Source: Octopus bimaculoides (taxonomy: Eukaryota). From it: DNA of 37,017 nt. Position numbers and translations under genes: made by a program. Location: the NCBI RefSeq assembly GCF_001194135.2, contig NC_068993.1:29573841-29610857 (forward strand), given 5' to 3'. The notes below the pieces were generated by a model. That model did no database searches. It saw nothing but the letters and a program-made list of their open reading frames with translations, and was not told the origin of the DNA. Positions 35,641 to 37,017 of the stretch are shown here, in pieces (within the stretch, counting starts at the first letter, position 1; every line of letters begins with the position of its first letter).

Positions 35641-35863
35641 ATAGTCTAGACGAAGAGCGTGATTTGATTGTAAGATTGTCCCAGGATTGGGTTCAACACT
35701 GGGGTCTAGCGAAACTAACAGGCCTGACAAGCGAACTGTGAAAATTTGTGTTTTATTCCTTCTCACAGTTAGCTTGTCAGCCCTGTTAGTTTCACTAGAC
35801 CCCAGTGTTGAACCCAATCCTGGGCCAATCTTACAATCAAATTGCGCTCTTTGTCTTGACTGT
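35641..35863. repeat. 223-bp palindrome (101-bp arms, 21-nt spacer), MITE/fold-back-like
   Basis: Arms 35641-35741 and 35763-35863 are reverse complements with 9 mismatches and no indels by manual alignment. Confidence 0.93.
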
Positions 35864-35921
35864 TTACCTTTGTGAAGAGTTACGTCAATCCTTTTTAAAA
35901 TAATAAAATAATAATAATTAT

Positions 35922-36440
35922 AATGTGATGAGAGGGGTGAAATAGTATGGCATATTGTTAGTGAATGTCCAAAACTACCACAATGCAATTACAAAAGACG
36001 ACATGGCAATGTGGCAAGAATGATTCATTGGCAGCTCTGTGGAAACCATAGTATACAAAGGGCAAAGACATGGTATGTCCCGGTACAACAGAATCACAGA
36101 AGAAGAAAAACTGAACATCTATGGTGATTTGAAATGGGAAATAAGCATGTTGTGGGCAATGAAGAGAGTGGACATGATACCAGTAGTAATTGGCATGCTT
36201 GGAAATATTAATACTCAACTACCAATGTGGCTCAAAAAGGTTGGCACAAATGCAAAGATAGAACACTTACAAAAATTATTATTGCTTGGAACTGTAAGAG
36301 TTCTCATGGTTCTTGAAACACGATCAGTAAATAAGTGTCACAGTCTGCTGGCTGTGGACAGCTGACACTTTCCATCTCACCCAGCAAAATAGGTTGAGAG
36401 TTTTAATCAAATAATAATAATAATAATAATAATAATGATA
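35922..36440 (+). mobile_element. R4/Dong-like 3' fragment with internal deletion and (TAA)n tail
   Basis: CDERGEIVWHIVSECP, RRHGNVARMIHW, IPVVIGMLG and LQKLLLLGTVRVL; the PD..D segment is missing. Confidence 0.82.
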
Positions 36441-36444
36441 ATTT

Positions 36445-37017
36445 TACAGGGAAATAGGGAAAGAAAAAATAACCATTGAAAATCCACCCCTAATGGAAGA
36501 AGTTGAAAACTTTTGGAAAGGGATCTGGAGTGATGAGAAACCATACAATGAAAGTGCAGACTGGATCAAACGCATCCAAGATGCCTACAAAAATCTACAA
36601 GAACAGGTATGGGAAGACATCTCAATCGCAGACCTAAGGAGGGCACTAACTAAGGCTCTTAAGTGGAAATCCCCAGTACTGATAGAGTACCAAATTTCTG
36701 GCTCTCATCACTCTCGTCCGCACACAAAATGTTAGTAATACTATTTAATAGTATTATGAAAGACCCAGAAAAAACTCCCCATTGGATGGCAAATGGTATT
36801 ACCTACCTCCTCTCAAAAAATAAGGAAACCAAAGACCCAAAAAACTACCGGCCTATAACATGTTTGTCTACTACCTATAACATTTTGACATCTATTCTAG
36901 TGGAGAAAACATACGTTTATGGAAGAGAATAACCTCTTTCCCACTGAACAAAAAGGATGCAGACGAGGCTCATACGGATGCAAAGATCAGCTCTTAATTA
37001 ATCGCATGATCCTTGAG
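36445..37017 (+). mobile_element. R4/Dong-like RT N-terminal fragment running off the window
   Basis: FWKGIWS, WKSP, NFWL, GITYLL, KNYRPITCLST, EQKGCRRGSYGCKDQLLINRMIL; same family as 16270-18730. Confidence 0.9.

Noticed and set aside
35705-35740. Hammerhead-like motifs GAAAC and CTGACAAG inside the palindrome
   Set aside because: Only 9 nt separate the motifs, too few for stems III and I, and the core is not CUGANGA.

Overview
AT-rich animal genomic DNA from a draft assembly, with five N gaps (3036-3306, 4509-4589, 8826-9772, 18971-19228, 19959-20958). Almost all of it is decayed, nested retroelements: several RLE-type (R4/Dong-like) LINE fragments, five RTE-clade LINE pieces, a near full-length Tx1/L1-clade LINE (29656-35425, minus) plus remnants, a Penelope-like element (RT + Cys-rich GIY-YIG) flanked by ~400-bp inverted repeats, a probable solo LTR, tRNA-derived SINEs and many (TAA)n, (CATA)n, (CA)n and (TA)n microsatellites. 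The repeat families resemble those I recall from Octopus genomes (inference, not verified). I find no intact protein-coding gene, RNA gene, CRISPR array or prokaryotic feature, and every element ORF carries stops or frameshifts. The most notable signals are a C4HC3 PHD-type finger inside the RT of all four RTE copies that cover that region, the inverted-repeat Penelope element, a 223-bp near-perfect palindrome, stacking of unrelated retroelements on (TAA)n tracts, a templated 124-bp insertion and a probable ~1-kb inversion. I cannot establish novelty without database searches. Boundaries of degenerate elements are approximate.
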